Shown here: piece after piece, positions 37,101 to 50,560 of the stretch
How the letters are laid out: the number at the start of each line of letters is the position of its first letter
Numbering within the stretch: the stretch's first letter is position 1
Source: Isurus oxyrinchus
Lineage: Eukaryota
Direction of reading: 5' to 3'
Length of the DNA stretch: 64,000 nt
Assembly: GCA_026770705.1 (NCBI GenBank)
Contig: JANJGN010000026.1
Location: 5,580,001-5,644,000, forward strand
Notes under the pieces: model-generated
Database searches by the model: none
The model's input: the letters and a program-made list of their open reading frames with translations, nothing else
What the model was told of the DNA's origin: nothing
Translations under genes and position numbers: made by a program

Positions 37101-39415
37101 CGAATTAATTGGAGATCAGAATCAGGCCATTAGGCAGACGACAGGACACAGTCTGTTCAGAATCGATTGGAGTTCATGTTCAGTCCATTGAGGGACAGGA
37201 CTGGGCTCAGTCCGTGAGGAATCATTTGGAGTTTAGGGTTAGTCATTTAGGGACAGGGATTTGCTCCGTCTGTGAGGAATCGATTGGAATCCAGGGTCTG
37301 TTCCTTTGGGACAGGACTTCGATCAGTCCGTGCGGAGTCATTTGGAGTTCACGGTGAGTTCATTTGAGGCTGGGCTGGGTTCAGACTATGGGGCATCAAT
37401 AGGAGCTTATAGTCAATCCATTAGTTTCAGTAATTGGCTCAGTCTGTGGGAATGAATTGGAGCTCAGGGGGAGTCCATTTGGGAAAGCGCTCGGTTCAGT
37501 CTAGGTGGAATTTTTGGGAGTTCAGTGTCAGTATATTAGGGACAGGACTACGCTCAGCTTGTGGGGAATCACCTGGAATTCAGGGTCATTTCATTAGGGA
37601 TAGGGCTGGGCTCAGTCTGTTGCGAAACAATTGGAGTTCAGTGTCAGTCCATTAGGGACAGGACTGGGCTCAGCCTGTGGAACATCAATTAGAGTTCAGG
37701 GTAAGTTCATTATGTACAGGGCTTGTTTCAATCTGTGGGGAATCAATTGGAGTTCAGGGTCCGTCATTTAGGGGCATGACCGGACTGAGTCTTTGGGGAA
37801 TCAATTGTAGTTCAGAGACAGTCCATTCGTGACATGACTTGGCTCAGTCTATGGGAAATTATTCGGAGTTCAAGGTCAGTTTATTGTGGACAGGGCTGTG
37901 CTCAGACTGTGGGATATCAGTTGGAGTTCAGAGTCAGTCCATTAGGGACAGGACCTGGATGAGTCTGTGAGGAATGTATTGGAGTTCATGGTGAGTTCAT
38001 TTAGGAAAGGGCACGGTTCGGTCTGAGGGGAATCAATGGGATTTCAGGGTCAATCCATTTGGGACAGCAAAGGGCTCAGTCTGTGGGGAATCAGTTGGCG
38101 GTCAGGGTCAGCCCATTAGGGACAGGACAGGGCTCAGCCTGTGAGGAATCAATGGGAGTTCAGGTTCCGTCCATTAGGTATAGGACTGGCCACAGTCTGT
38201 GGCGAATTAATTGGAATTCAGAGTCAGGCCATTAGGGAGACGACAGGAATCAGTCTGTTCAGAATCGATTGGAGTTCATGTTCAGTCCATTTAGGGACAG
38301 GACTGGGCTCAGTGTGTGGGGAATCAATTTTATTTTAGCGTAAGTCCATTAGGTACAGGACTGGAACAAGTCTGTAAGGAACTGATTGGAGTTCAGAGTC
38401 AGTCCATTAGGGAGAGGACTGGCTTCAGTCTGTGGGAATTCAAGTGAAGTACAGTGTCAGTCCATTAGGGACAGGGCTGGGCTCTTTCTGTTCGTAATTG
38501 ATTGGAATTCCGGGTGCATCCATTAGGGACAGGAGTGGTCTCAGTCTCTGAAGAATACATTGGAGTTCAGGATCAGTCCATTCGGGAGTCAGTCTGTTTG
38601 GAATCAAATGGAGGTCTCCGTCGTTCCATAAGAGAGAGCTCCGTGCCCAGGTTGTGGGGAATCACCCGGAATTCAGGGTCCCTACGTAAGGGACAGGAAT
38701 TAGCACAGTCTATGGGTAATAAATTGGAGTTCAGGGTATGTCGATTTGGGACAGGACTTGGCTCAGTCTGTGCGGATTCGATTGGAATTCAGGGTTAGTC
38801 CATTAGGGACAGGACAGGGCTCAGTCAGAGGGCAATCAATTGGGGTTCATGGTCTGTGGGGAATCAATTGATGTTCAGGGTCAGTCCATTAGGGAGAGGA
38901 CTGGACTCAGCCTGTGAGTTATAAATCGGCGCTCAATGTCATCCCAATAGGGACAGGACTGTGCTCTGTCTGCGGGCAATCAGTGGAAGTTCAGGGACCT
39001 CCTTTAGAGAGACGATTGGGCGCAGTATGTGGGGAATCAGTTGGTGTTCAGGGTCAGCAATTTGAGACAGGAGAGGACTCAGACAGATGGGAATCGATTG
39101 GAGTTCATTTCAATCCATTAGGGACATGACTGGCCTCAAGCTGTGAGGAATCAATTGGAGTCCAGGGTCAGTTCCTTAGGGACAGGACTTGGATCAGTCC
39201 GTGGGGAATAAATTGGAGTTCACGGTGAGTTCATTTGGGGCTGGGCTGGGTTCAGTCTGTGGGGAATCAATAGGAGCTCAGAGTCAATCCATTAAGTTCA
39301 GGAATTGGCTCAGTCTGTTGGAAGGAATTGGAGCTCAGGGTGAATCCATTTGTGAAAACGCTTGGTTCAGCCTGAGGGGAATCATTGGGAATTAAGAGTC
39401 AGTACGTTAGGGACA

Positions 39416-39520
39416 ACTCTTCAAGTTCTGTCGAAGGGTCATGAGGACTCGAAACGTCAACTCTTTTCTTCTCCGCCGATGCTGCCAGACCTGCTGAGTT
39501 TTTCCAGGTAATTCTGTTTT
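39416..39520 (+). mobile_element. Single-arm Penelope-type hammerhead element inserted in the satellite, 11-bp TSD
   Basis: TSD CGTTAGGGACA at 39405-39415 and 39521-39531. Contains AGTT-CTGTCGA-AGGGTC-ATGAG-GACTC-GAAAC-GTC-AACT. Confidence 0.92.
39424..39462 (+). ncRNA. Minimal type-I hammerhead ribozyme-like motif (core variant CUGUCGA)
   Basis: Stem I AGUU/AACU, core CUGUCGA...GAAA, stem II GGGUC/GACUC, minimal ACGU stem III and a GUC cleavage triplet. Activity is untested. Confidence 0.6.
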
Positions 39521-42500
39521 CGTTAGGGACAGGACTACGCTCAGGCTGCGAGGAATCAATTGGAGTTCAGGGTCAGTCCATTTAGGGAAAGGTCTGGGCA
39601 CAGTGTGTGGGGAAGCAATTATATTCAATGTGAGTCCATTTGGGACAGAGCTGGGCTCAAACTGTGGGGAATCATTCAGTGACAGTCCATTACGTACAGG
39701 ACTAGACCAAGTCTGTAAGGAACTGATTGGAGTTCAGAATCAGTCCATTAGTGATAGGACTGGCTTAAGTGTGTGGGAATTCAGGTGGAGTACAGAGTCT
39801 GTCCATTAGGGACACGTCTGGGCTCGTTCTGTTCGGAATTTATTGGAATTCAGGGTGAGTCCATTAGGGACAGGACTGGTCTTAGTCTGTGAGGAATAAA
39901 ATGGAGTTCAAGATCAGTCCATTAGGGAGAGGACTGGGGTCAGTCTGTGTGGAATCAAATGGAGTTCAGCGTCATTCCATAAGCGACAGCTCCGGCCTCA
40001 AATTGTGGGGAATCACAGGAGCTCAGGGTCACTGCATTTGGGACAGGAATTAACACAGTCTGTGGGTAATAAATTGGAGTTCAGGGTATGTCGATTCGGG
40101 ACAGGAGTTGGCACAATCTGTGCGGACTCTTTTGGAATTCAGGGTCAGTCCATTAGGGACTTGACACAGCTCAGTCACAGGGCAAGCAATTGGGGTTAAG
40201 CGTCTGTCCATGTGGTACAGGACTGGGCTCAGTCTGTGGGGAATCAATTGTAGTTCAGGGTCAATCCATTAGGGACAGGACTGGACTCAGTCTGTGATTT
40301 AAAATCGGAGCTCTATGTCTTCCCAATAGTGATAGGACTGGGTTCTGTCTGCAGGGAATCAATTGGTGTTCAGGGTCAGACATTCGTGTCAGGCGACGTC
40401 TCAGACTATTGGGAATCGATTGGAGTTCATTTTTATCCATTAGGGACATGACATGGCTCAAACTGTGAGGAATCAATTGGAGTTCAGGGTCAGTCCATAA
40501 GCAACAGGTCCGGACTCAGTCTGTGGGGAATCGATTGGAGTTCAGCATCAGCCCATTATTGAAAGGGCTGACCTCAGTCTGTGGGTTATCCGTCGGAGTT
40601 CAGGGGCACTAGATTAGGGACAGGAATGGGCTCAGTCTGTGGGTAATAAATTGGAGGTCACGTTATGTCCATTTGGGACACGACTTGGCTCAGTCTGTGG
40701 GGAATCAATTGGAGTTCAGGATCAGTCCAATAGGGACAGGACTGGACTCAGTCTGTGAGAATAATTCGGAGTTCAATGTCATCCCAACAGGGACAGGACT
40801 GGGCTCAATCTGTGGGGAATCATCTGGAATTCAGGTTCATTTCATTAGGGACTGTACTGGGATCAGTCAGTGTCAGTCCATTAGGGACAGGGCTGGCCTC
40901 ATTCTGTGAGGAATAAATTCGAGTTCAGGGTTAGTCCATTTGGGACAGGTTTTGTGCTCAGTCTGTGGAACATCATTTGGGGTTCAGGGTCAGTTCATTA
41001 GGTACAGGGCTTGTTTCAGTCTGTGGGGAATCAACTGGAGTTCAGGGTCCGTCATTTAGGGGCATGGCTGGACTCAGTCTTTGGGTAATCAATTGTAGTT
41101 CAGAGACAGTCAATTCGGCACATGTCTTGACTCAGTCTATGGGGAATCATATGGAGTTGAAGATCAGCATATTGTGGACAGGACTGTGCACAGACTCTGG
41201 GGAATCAGTTGGAGTTCAGGGTCATTCATTTAGGGACAGGGCTTTGCTCCGTCTGTGTTTAATCGATTGGAGTCCAGGATCAGTTCCTTAGGGACAGGAC
41301 TTGGTCAGTCCGTGGGGAATGAATTGGATGTCATGGTGAGTTCATTTGGGGCTGGGCTGGGTTCAGTCTGTGGGGAATCAATAGGAGCGCAGGGTCAGTC
41401 CATTTGGTTCAGGAATTGTCTCAGTCCGTGGGAATGAATTGGAGCACAGGGTTAGTCGATTTGGGAAAGCGCTCGGTTCAGTCTGAGGGGAATTAGTGGG
41501 AGTTCAGTGTCAGTCCATTCGGGACAGCAAAGGGCTCAGTCTGTGCTGAATCAATCGGAGTTCAGGTTCCGTCCATTAGGGACAGGACTGGGCTCAGTCT
41601 GTGGCGAAATAATTTGAGTTCAGAATCAGGCCATTAGGGAGACGACAGGACTCAGTCTGTTGAGAATCGATTGGAGTTCATGTTTAGTCCATTGAGGGAC
41701 AGGACTGGACTCAGTGCGTGGGTTATCAATTCTTTTTAGTGTGAGTCCATTAGGTACAGGACTGGAACATGTCTGTAAGGAACTAACTGGAGTTCAGTGT
41801 CAGTCCATTAGGGTTAGGACTGGCTTCAGTCTATGGGAATTCAAGTGGAGTACAGTATCAGTCCTTTAGGGACAGGGCTGGGCTCTTTCTTTTCGGAATT
41901 GATTAGAATTCAGTGTGAGTCCATTAGGGACAGGAGTGGTCTCAGTCTGTGAAGAATATATTGGAGTTCAGGATCAGTCCATTCGGGAGAGTACTTGGGT
42001 CCACTGTTTGGGGATTAATTGGAGTTCAGCATCAGTCATTTAGGGGCATGGCTGGACTCAGTCTTTGGGGAATCAATTGCAGTTCAGAGACAGTCCTTTC
42101 GGGACATGACTTGGCTCAGTCTATTGGAAATGAATTGGAGTTCAATGTCAGTTTATTGTGGACAGGACTGTGCTCAGACTGTGTGGAATCAGTTGGAGTT
42201 CAGGGTGAGGCTATTAGGGACAGGACTTGGATCAGTCTGTGGGGAATGAATTGGAGTTCACGGTTAGTCCATTTGGGAAGGCGATCGGTTCAGTCTGAGG
42301 GGATTCGTTGGGAGTTCAGTTTCATTGCATTAGGGACAGGACTAGACTCAGTCTGTTGCGAAACAATTGGAGTATAGAGTCAGTCCATTAGGGACAGGGC
42401 TGGGCTCTTTCTGTTCGGAATTGACTGGAATTCAGGATGAGTCCATTAGGAACAGGAGTGGTCTCAGTCTGTGAGGAACAAATTGAAGTTCTGGATCAAT

Positions 42501-45500
42501 CCATTCGGGAGAGTACTTGGGTCAGTCTGTGTTGAATCAAATGGAGTTCAGCATCAGTCCATAAGCGAAAGCTCCGGGCTCAGATTCTGGGGAATCTACC
42601 GGTTTTCAGGGTCACTACATTAGGGACAGGAATTTGCACAGTCTGTGGGTAATAAATTGGAGTTCATGGTCAGTCCATTAGGGACAGGACAGGGCTCAGT
42701 CAGAGGGCAATCAATTGGGGTTCATGGTCTGTCCATGTGGTACAGGACTGGGCTCAGTCTGTGTGGAATCAATTGAAGATCTGGGTCAGTCCATTAGGGA
42801 GAGGACTGGACTCAGCCTTTGAGTTATAAATCGGCGCTCAATGTCATCCCAATAGGTACTGGGTTCTGTCTGCAGGGAATCAACGGGAGTACAGGAACAT
42901 CCTTTAAAACACGAATGGGCTCAATGTGTGGGCATCAGCCTGTGAGGAATCACCTGGAATTCAGGCTTATTTCATTGGGGACAGGACTGGGCTCAGTCTG
43001 TTGTGAATGAATTGGAGTTCAGAATCAGGCCATTAGGGAGACGACAGGACTCAGTCTGTTCAGAATCGATTGGAGTTCATGTTCAGTCCATTTAGGGACA
43101 GGACTGGGCTCAGTGTGTGGGGAATCAATTGTATTTTAGTCTGAGTCCATTAGGTACAGGACTGGAACAAGTCTGTAAGGAACTGATTGGAGTTCAGAGT
43201 CAGTCCATTAGGGATAGGACTGGCTTCAGTCTGTGGGAATTCAAGTGGAGTACAGTGTCAGTCCATTAGTGACAGGGCTGGGCTCTTTCTGTTCGGAATT
43301 GATTGGAATTTAGGGTGAGTCCATTAGGGACAGGAGTGGTCTCACTGTGTGAAGAATACATTGGAGTTCAGCATCAGCCCTTTCGGGAGTCAGTCTGTGT
43401 GGAATCAAATGGAGTTCAGCGTCATTCCATAAGAGACAGCTCCGGGCCCAGATTGTGGGGAATCACCCGGAATTCAGGGTTCCTACGTAAGGGACAGGAA
43501 TTAGCACAGTCTGTGGGTAATAAATTGGAGTTCAGGGATGTCCATTTGGGACTGGACTCGGTGCAGTCTGTTGGGATTCGATTGAAGATCAGGGTCAGTC
43601 CATTAGGGACAGGACTGAACTCCGCCTATGAGTTATAAATTGGCGCTCAATGCCATCCTAATAGGGACAGGCCTGGGTTCTGTCTGTGGGAAATCAATGA
43701 GAGTTCAGGGACATCCTTTAGGGACACGACTGGGCTCAGTATGTGGGGAATCAGTTGTTGTTCAGGGTCAGACATTCGGGGCAGTCGAGGACTCAAGTCT
43801 GTTGGGAATCGATTGGAGTTCATTTCAATCCATTAGTGACATGGCTGGGCTCAAACTGTGAGGAATCAATTGGAGTTCAGGGCCAGCCCTTTAGGGGCAG
43901 GACTGGGCTGAGGCAGTGGTGAATCTATTTGAGTTCAGGGTAGTTCTATTAGGGGCAGTATTGGGCTCAGGCTGTGGTGAATCCATCGGATTTCAGGGTC
44001 AGTCATTCAGCTACAGGGCTTTGCTCATTCTCTGGGACCTCAATTGGAGTTCAGGTTCAGTGCATAAGCGACAGGTCCGGACTCATTCTGTGGGGAATCA
44101 ATGGGAGTTCAGGGGCAGAATATTAGGGATAGGACTGAGATCAGTCTGCTGAGAATAAATTGGAGTTCACGGTCTGTCCATTAGGTACAGCACTGGGATC
44201 AGTCTATGGTGAATCAATCGGAGTTCGGGGTCAGTTTTTTAAGTATAGGGCTTTGCTCATGCTCTGGGACATCAATTGGAGTTCAGGGTCAGTACATAAG
44301 CGACAGGTCCGCTCTCAGTCTGTGGGAAATCGATTGGAGTTCAGCGTCAGCCCATTATTGACAGGGCTGACCTCAGTCTGTGGATTATCCGACGGCGTTC
44401 AGGGGCTCTACATTAGGGACAGGAATGGGCTCATTCTGTGGGTAATAAATTGGAGGTCAGGTTATGTCCATTTGTGACACGACTTTGCTCAGTCTGTGAG
44501 GAATCAATTGGAGTACAGTGTCATCCATTAGGGACATTGCTGGGCTCAGTCTGTGGAGCATCAGTAGGAGTTCAGGTTCTGTTCATTATGTACAATCTGT
44601 GGGGAATCAATTGGAGTTCAGTGTCAATATATTTCGGGTAGGACTACGCAGTCTGTGGGGAATGGTTGGAGCTCAGGGTCAGTCCATCAGGGACAGGACT
44701 GGGGTCAGTCTGTGGGGACTCAATGCTGGTTAAGCATCAGTTCATTAGGGACACGACTGGGCTCAGGCTGTGGGGAATCAATTGGAGTTCAGTGTCGTTC
44801 ATTTAGGCACATGGCTGGGCTCAGTCTTTGGGATACAATTGGAGTCCAGAATCAGTCTATAAGTGACAGGTCCGGACTCAGTCTGTGGGGAATAGATTGG
44901 AGTTCAAGGTCTGTCATTTAGGGACAAGGCATTGCTCATTCTCTGGGGAGTCAATTGGAGTTCATGGTCAGTCCATAAGCGACAGGTCCGGACTCAATTT
45001 GTGGGGAATTGATTGGAGTTCAGGGTCAGCCCATTAGGGACAGGGCAGGGCGCAGACTGTGGGGAATCATTCGGAGTTCAGGGTCACTATATTAGGGACA
45101 GGAATGGGCTTATATATTTTATAACATAAATTTATTTTTTACTATTTGAAAATCTGGCTGTTGACAGTGAGGGTATCTGGTTGAGAAACTGGAAGAAGCA
45201 GCCTAAAGTAAATGCACTTCATACAACCTTGGAGTTTATTACACCTAAAAGACTGAGGCAATATTGACTCCAGGTTAATAGCTGGAAATGTAAGATCATG
45301 GAGATTAGAATAAGGGGAGGTCTAACACGATGTCACAATGTTTAAGCCTTCATAGGTGCCTATCTTGAGCTGGGAGATTGCAACCTTAGGGCGGTTGGAT
45401 ACTTGACGTGGTAACCTTCCAGTAATTGGAAGGCCCACAAAAACTGAGCCTGTACATGACATATTTCCCAGGCCAAGCAGTTAATTTTCCTGACTGGAGA

Positions 45501-45777
45501 GTTTGGGGGCTAAGTCAATGATTGTAGAATTAAGGCAGGTGGACTGAAGGTATTCAATTTAGAATATAAGTATTGTCTTCTTTGTGTTTATCTTAAATTG
45601 GACATAACTGATTGTTTAAAATAGTGTGCAATTAGCATCATTCATGCTCCTTGGCTTTTGTTTCACGAAATACTTTGCTTAAACCATGAACGTTGTTGCT
45701 TATTCGTTGAGTAAACACTTGGGTTTTCAGATTGTAAAATAAATTTAAAACGTTACTGATCCCTACCGAGATCACAA

Positions 45778-46085
45778 TACCTTGTACCTGAAATTAAGAT
45801 GTTGCGCTGACCTTGTAACTGACATTCATTTCTAACAGTGCCCTTGTTGCCGATACCCTGCTCTAACATTGACCTTGTACCTGACAATTTGGTCTTTATA
45901 TGGCCTTGTATCTGATATTTCAGTCTTACTGTGACCTTCTAACTGATACGCTGGTCTTTGAATGTTCTTGTAACTGGCACACCGGTATTACAGTGATCTT
46001 GCAATTGCTACCCCTGGTCATAGGGTGTCCTTGTAACTGACACTCCGGCATAGCAATGACCTTGCAACTGCCACCCCATCTAAAA
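45778..46085. repeat. 31-bp minisatellite (GACCTTGTAACTGACA...), left part
   Basis: A CCTTG-like core at 45780, 45811, 45842, 45873, 45904, 45935, 45966, 45997, 46029 and 46060. Confidence 0.85.
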
Positions 46086-46089
46086 TAGA

Positions 46090-48525
46090 AACAGATCAAC
46101 ATAGAAAATAGTTGAAGGAGTAGGTCATTCGGCCCTTCGAGCCTGTTCCGCCATTCAATATGATAATGGCTCAGCCTTTACATCAGCGCCATCCTTCTGC
46201 TCTCTCCCACTGAGGCTTGACACGCTTTTTGTCTAAACGTCTACCTATTTCCTTGTTAAATATATTAAGTGATTGGCCTACTTTGCCTTCCGTGGTAGGG
46301 AATCTCGCAGTTTTCCACCCTCTGAGTGAAGGAATGTCTCCTCATTTCTGTCCGATATGGCCTCCCACGTACCTTCAGACTATGAACCCTTGGTCAAGAC
46401 CTCCCTGCCAGAGAAACCGTCACCCCTGCCAGAAGTCTGTCCATCCTTGCCAAAAATGTATAGTTTTCAATGAGATCTCCTCTCTTTCTTCCAAATTCCA
46501 AGGAATACAGGCCACTCAACCCAATCTCACCTCATATATCAACCCTCCCATCCCAGGAACTACTCTGGTGGCCCTTCGCTACCACCCCGTTGATATTAGA
46601 TATATTCTTCCTTAGGTAAGGAGACCAAAACTGGACACAATGTTCCAGGTGTGGCCACACCAAGGCTCTACACAGCTGTAGCAAGATATCCTTACTTCTG
46701 CACCAACATCGTTCAGCAAATAGAGCCAAAATTCAACTTGCCTTGCTACATGCTTGCTGCACCTCCACTCTTGCTTTCAGTGATTGATGTAAAAGGACAA
46801 CCAGGACCCTTTGTAAATCAACATTTCCCAATCTATCACCATTTCAAAACCTCTCTGCCATTCTGTTTTTAATTCCTGCCGAAATGGATAATTTCACGTG
46901 ATACTTAATCTGCCAGGTATTAGCCCTCTCACACAATTTATATAAATTGTCTTGAAGCCTCTTTACATCCTCCTCACTACTTACATTTCTATCTAGTTTT
47001 GTTCCGCCAGAAGACTTGGAAATATTACGTTTTCTTCCCTCATCCAAATCATTGATATATGTTGTGAATAGTGGGGGCCAAGCACTGATCCCTGCGGTAC
47101 CCCAAAGGTCACTGCCTGCAACTCTGAATAAGATCCATTTATTCCTGCTCTATGTTTCCAGTCTATTGACCATTTCTCAATCTATGCCAATATATTATCA
47201 CAATCCCATTTGCTTTAAATTTACACACTAGCCTCTTATGTAGGACTTTTCAAAAGTTTTTTTTTTTCAAAATTCAAATGCACTACATCCTCTGGTTTTC
47301 CCTCATCTAGTCTAATGGTTACGTCCTCAGAAAACTCCAGGAGGCTTGTCCAAAACGATTTCCCTTTCATAAATTCATGTTGACTTTGTCTACTCAGTGG
47401 CCTGTTATCACACCCTTTATTATCGACTCTAGCATTTTTCCTACTACTGATGTCAGGCTAATCGGCCTGTAATCCCCTTTAAACCCACCCTCCCTTCTTT
47501 TTGTTAAAATAGCAGGGTTACATTTTCTACCATCCAATCATCTGAGGCTGTTTCATAATCTGCAGAATTTTGGATGCTGATGACCAATACATTCATTATT
47601 TCCATGCCACCTCCTTTTGTAACCTGGAATGCAGATTATCAGGCACTGGAGGTTTATCAGCTTTCAGGCTCATTAAGTTCTCCAGCAGTATTTATTTTTG
47701 TACCAATGTTAATTTCCTTAATTTTCTTCTTCTCACAAGACTCTTAGTTTTCCAGCATTTGTGGGAAGTTATTTGTGTCTTTTCCCATGAGGGCAGAACT
47801 AAAGCAGTTGCTCCATTGCTTTGACATTTCCTTGCTTTCTATTATAAATTTGCCGATTGTGGACTGCAAGGGACCTACATTTGCCTTCACTAACTTTTGT
47901 TTTCTTTTTGCTTGTTTATAGAAGCTTTTGCAGTCTGCCTTTATGTTCCTTGAAACTTAACTCTCATACTCTATATCTCACCACTTAATCCTTCTCTTGT
48001 TCCAGCTTTGCTGAATTCTAAACTTCTCTCAGTCTTTGGGCTTGCTGATTTTCTGAGAACCTTTATGTGACTCTTCTTTAGATCTAATACAATACTTAAT
48101 TTATTTTACTGGTCATAGTTGGGCCGCATTATGTGTGGTGATTTGTGGGATTTTTTGCACCAGGAAGGAAAGTATAACTGTTGCAATGCATGCATTTGTA
48201 CCATAAATATTAGATATTGTCTATTCATCATCATGCCTTTTAATGAAGTTCCACAACCTCTCATTGCCAACTCACGCCACAAAAGCCTGTAGTTTGCTTT
48301 GTTCAGATTTACGATCCTATTTTCGAATCGGGCTACTTCATTTTTCATCCAAATGAATAAATCTCTCATATTATGATCACTGTTCCCTTAAAATGAACCA
48401 CAAAGCAAGGTTAATAATTAAACCCTTCTCGTTGGACCATAATTATGTAACTCCGTCTCATTACACAAAATTAACGAACCCCTTCTTATTGCACAATAAT
48501 TAATTAAACCCTTCTCGTTGCACAA
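46090..48525 (-). mobile_element. CR1-type LINE, ~2.4 kb decayed ORF2 with 3' end
   Basis: Minus ORFs SKDILLQLCRALVWPHLEHCVQFWSPYLRK, ISKSSGGTKLDRNVSSEEDVKRLQ (decayed FADDTKL), NLNKANY and GNSDHNM. The 3' end is near 46100. Confidence 0.92.
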
Positions 48526-48684
48526 TAGCGACCTTTTAACTTATACTCTGGTAGAACAGTGTCCTTGCAACTGCCAACCTGTTCCAGCAGAGAACTTGTA
48601 ACTGATATTCCGATCTAGCACTAACCTTATACCTGGCAATCATGCATTACAGTGTCCTTCCAAGTGATACCTTTTCTAGCAGCG
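48526..48684. repeat. 31-bp minisatellite, right part (resumes after the CR1)
   Basis: GTCCTTGCAACTGCCA, AACTTGTAACTGATA and ACCTTATACCTGGCA at ~31-bp spacing. Confidence 0.75.
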
Positions 48685-49473
48685 ATGGATGGATGGATGG
48701 ATGGGTGAATGGATGGAATGGATAGATGGATGCCATGATGGATGGATGGATGGATGGATGGATGGAATGGGTGGATGCCATGTTGGGTTAATGGATGGAA
48801 CGGATATATGGATGGAATGTATGGATGCTAATATGGGTGAATGTTTGGTTGAATGCATGGAATGGATGGATGCCATAATGGATGGCTGCCATGATGGATG
48901 GATGGATGCGTGGGTGGATGGATGCATAGGTGGGTGGATGTAANNNNNNNNNNNNNNNNNNNNNNNNNNNNNNNNNNNNNNNNNNNNNNNNNNNNNNNNN
49001 NNNNNNNNNNNNNNNNNNNNNNNNNNNNNNNNNNNNNNNNNNNNNNNNNNNNNNNNNNNNNNNNNNNNNNNNNNNNNNNNNNNNNNNNNNNNNATGCCAT
49101 GATGGATGGATATATGGGTGGGTGGATGGAATGGCTGGATTCCATGATGGATGGATAGATGGGTGGATGGATGGAATGGATGGATGCCATGATGGATGGA
49201 TATATGGGTGGGTGGATGGAATGGCTGGATGCCATGATGGATGGATATATGGGTGGATGGATGGAATAGATGGATGCCATGATGGATGGATATATGGGTG
49301 GGTGAAGGAATGGCTGGATGCCATGATGGATGGATAGATGGGTGGGTAGATGGAATGGATGGATGCCATGACGGATGGATGGATGGAATGGATGGATGAG
49401 TGCCATGATGGACAGATTGATGCCATGATGAATGGATGGATGCAATGGATAGTTGGATGCCATGATTGATGGA
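48685..49473. repeat. (GGAT)n-derived complex microsatellite containing a 150-N gap (48944-49093)
   Basis: GATGGATG with GCCAT interruptions. Confidence 0.95.
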
Positions 49474-50394
49474 TTTTTATATTTTTATTCCTTTAGTATT
49501 TGCCATTGGAACTGAGTACTATTTTCTTCTAACTGATGAGATTAGAGGTGAGCCATGCTAATCTTCCGCTTCTGATCGAAAACACCCAGGCACCTGTACA
49601 CAAACTGTTCTGGGAGACAGTGGCAGGAACAAATTTGACTGTGGCAGTGTTGCAGGTCGAGTGTAACGGGCATCTCCTAAGGACAGCTAAATGATCAAGG
49701 AACATTCGCTGGATCAGACCATGAAAATATCATTTTCTTGTGTCTCAGTGTAAATGTAGACAATATAATTGAGGTTTCTCGATCTTCCTGACGTTCTGCA
49801 TTTTAAGGAGGATGTGTCAGAAAAGCTATCACAGTTTTTGTACACTTTGGCGAACATCTATTCAATGTTTGCATGTGAACCGGCACTTTCAGCCAGCTGC
49901 CGTTATAATTCTGCATCCCACTCCGACTGATGTCCCTCTGCCCTTGACCTTCTCTACTGTTCCGCTAAAAATTAATGGAAACAAAGGAACAAGACTTAAA
50001 TTTAGTTTTAGGAAGTGTACAGCCACAGGGGTCGAAACTGAGTTTAACCATTTCATATCACACGCTTCTCTGCCATTTATATTTTTCGTTCAGCAGCCGT
50101 AGGCAATTACTCTAGCAACGCTGTTTCCACTTCCTCTTGACCGATTTCTGCCCATTTATTTGTCCCATTGCCATCCCATATACCTTTCATGCATCCGTTT
50201 ATTCATTTAAACTCACCTACCCTCTTCCCCATAGACCGCTAAACAGACACATGGAGGAATCAGATCAAATATAGGAAAATCTGTAGGAAGTTAAAAAACA
50301 AGCAGTGTACTAATGGAGGGAGGTTTTAAAACGGCTTACAATAAATGGGATAAAATTAGAGTATAATAATTGGATTTGTGCTTTTGAAATTAAT

Positions 50395-50560
50395 GCAGAA
50401 GATTTTGATGAGAATTCAGAAGGGAATTGGATTGCTACCTGAAAAGAGAAAATGTACAAGGTTACAAGGATCATTCAGGGGAGTGGGACAAAGTGGAATG
50501 CTCTTTCCAAGAGCCAGTACAGGCTCGATGGGTCGATTGGCAACCTTCTGCACTGTAAGG
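50395..50560 (+). mobile_element. CR1-type LINE 3' terminus
   Basis: TTCAGAAGGGAATTGGAT...CAAGAGCCAGTACAGGCTCGATGGGTCGATTGGCAACCTTCTGCACTGTAA. Confidence 0.65.

Larger units (their letters stand above)
28260..45111. repeat. 58-bp satellite array (~290 monomers) with higher-order duplications
   Basis: Consensus GGGGAATCAATTGGAGTTCAGGGTCAGTCCATTAGGGACAGGACTGGGCTCAGTCTGT. GGAGT(T/A)CAG recurs at 28267, 28325 and onward. Confidence 0.97.

Noticed and set aside
28260-45111. CRISPR-like array or repetitive protein gene (many GTGLGSVCGESIGVQ ORFs)
   Set aside because: Monomers are contiguous with no unique spacers. The 58-bp period is not a multiple of 3, stops occur in all frames, and the context is eukaryotic.
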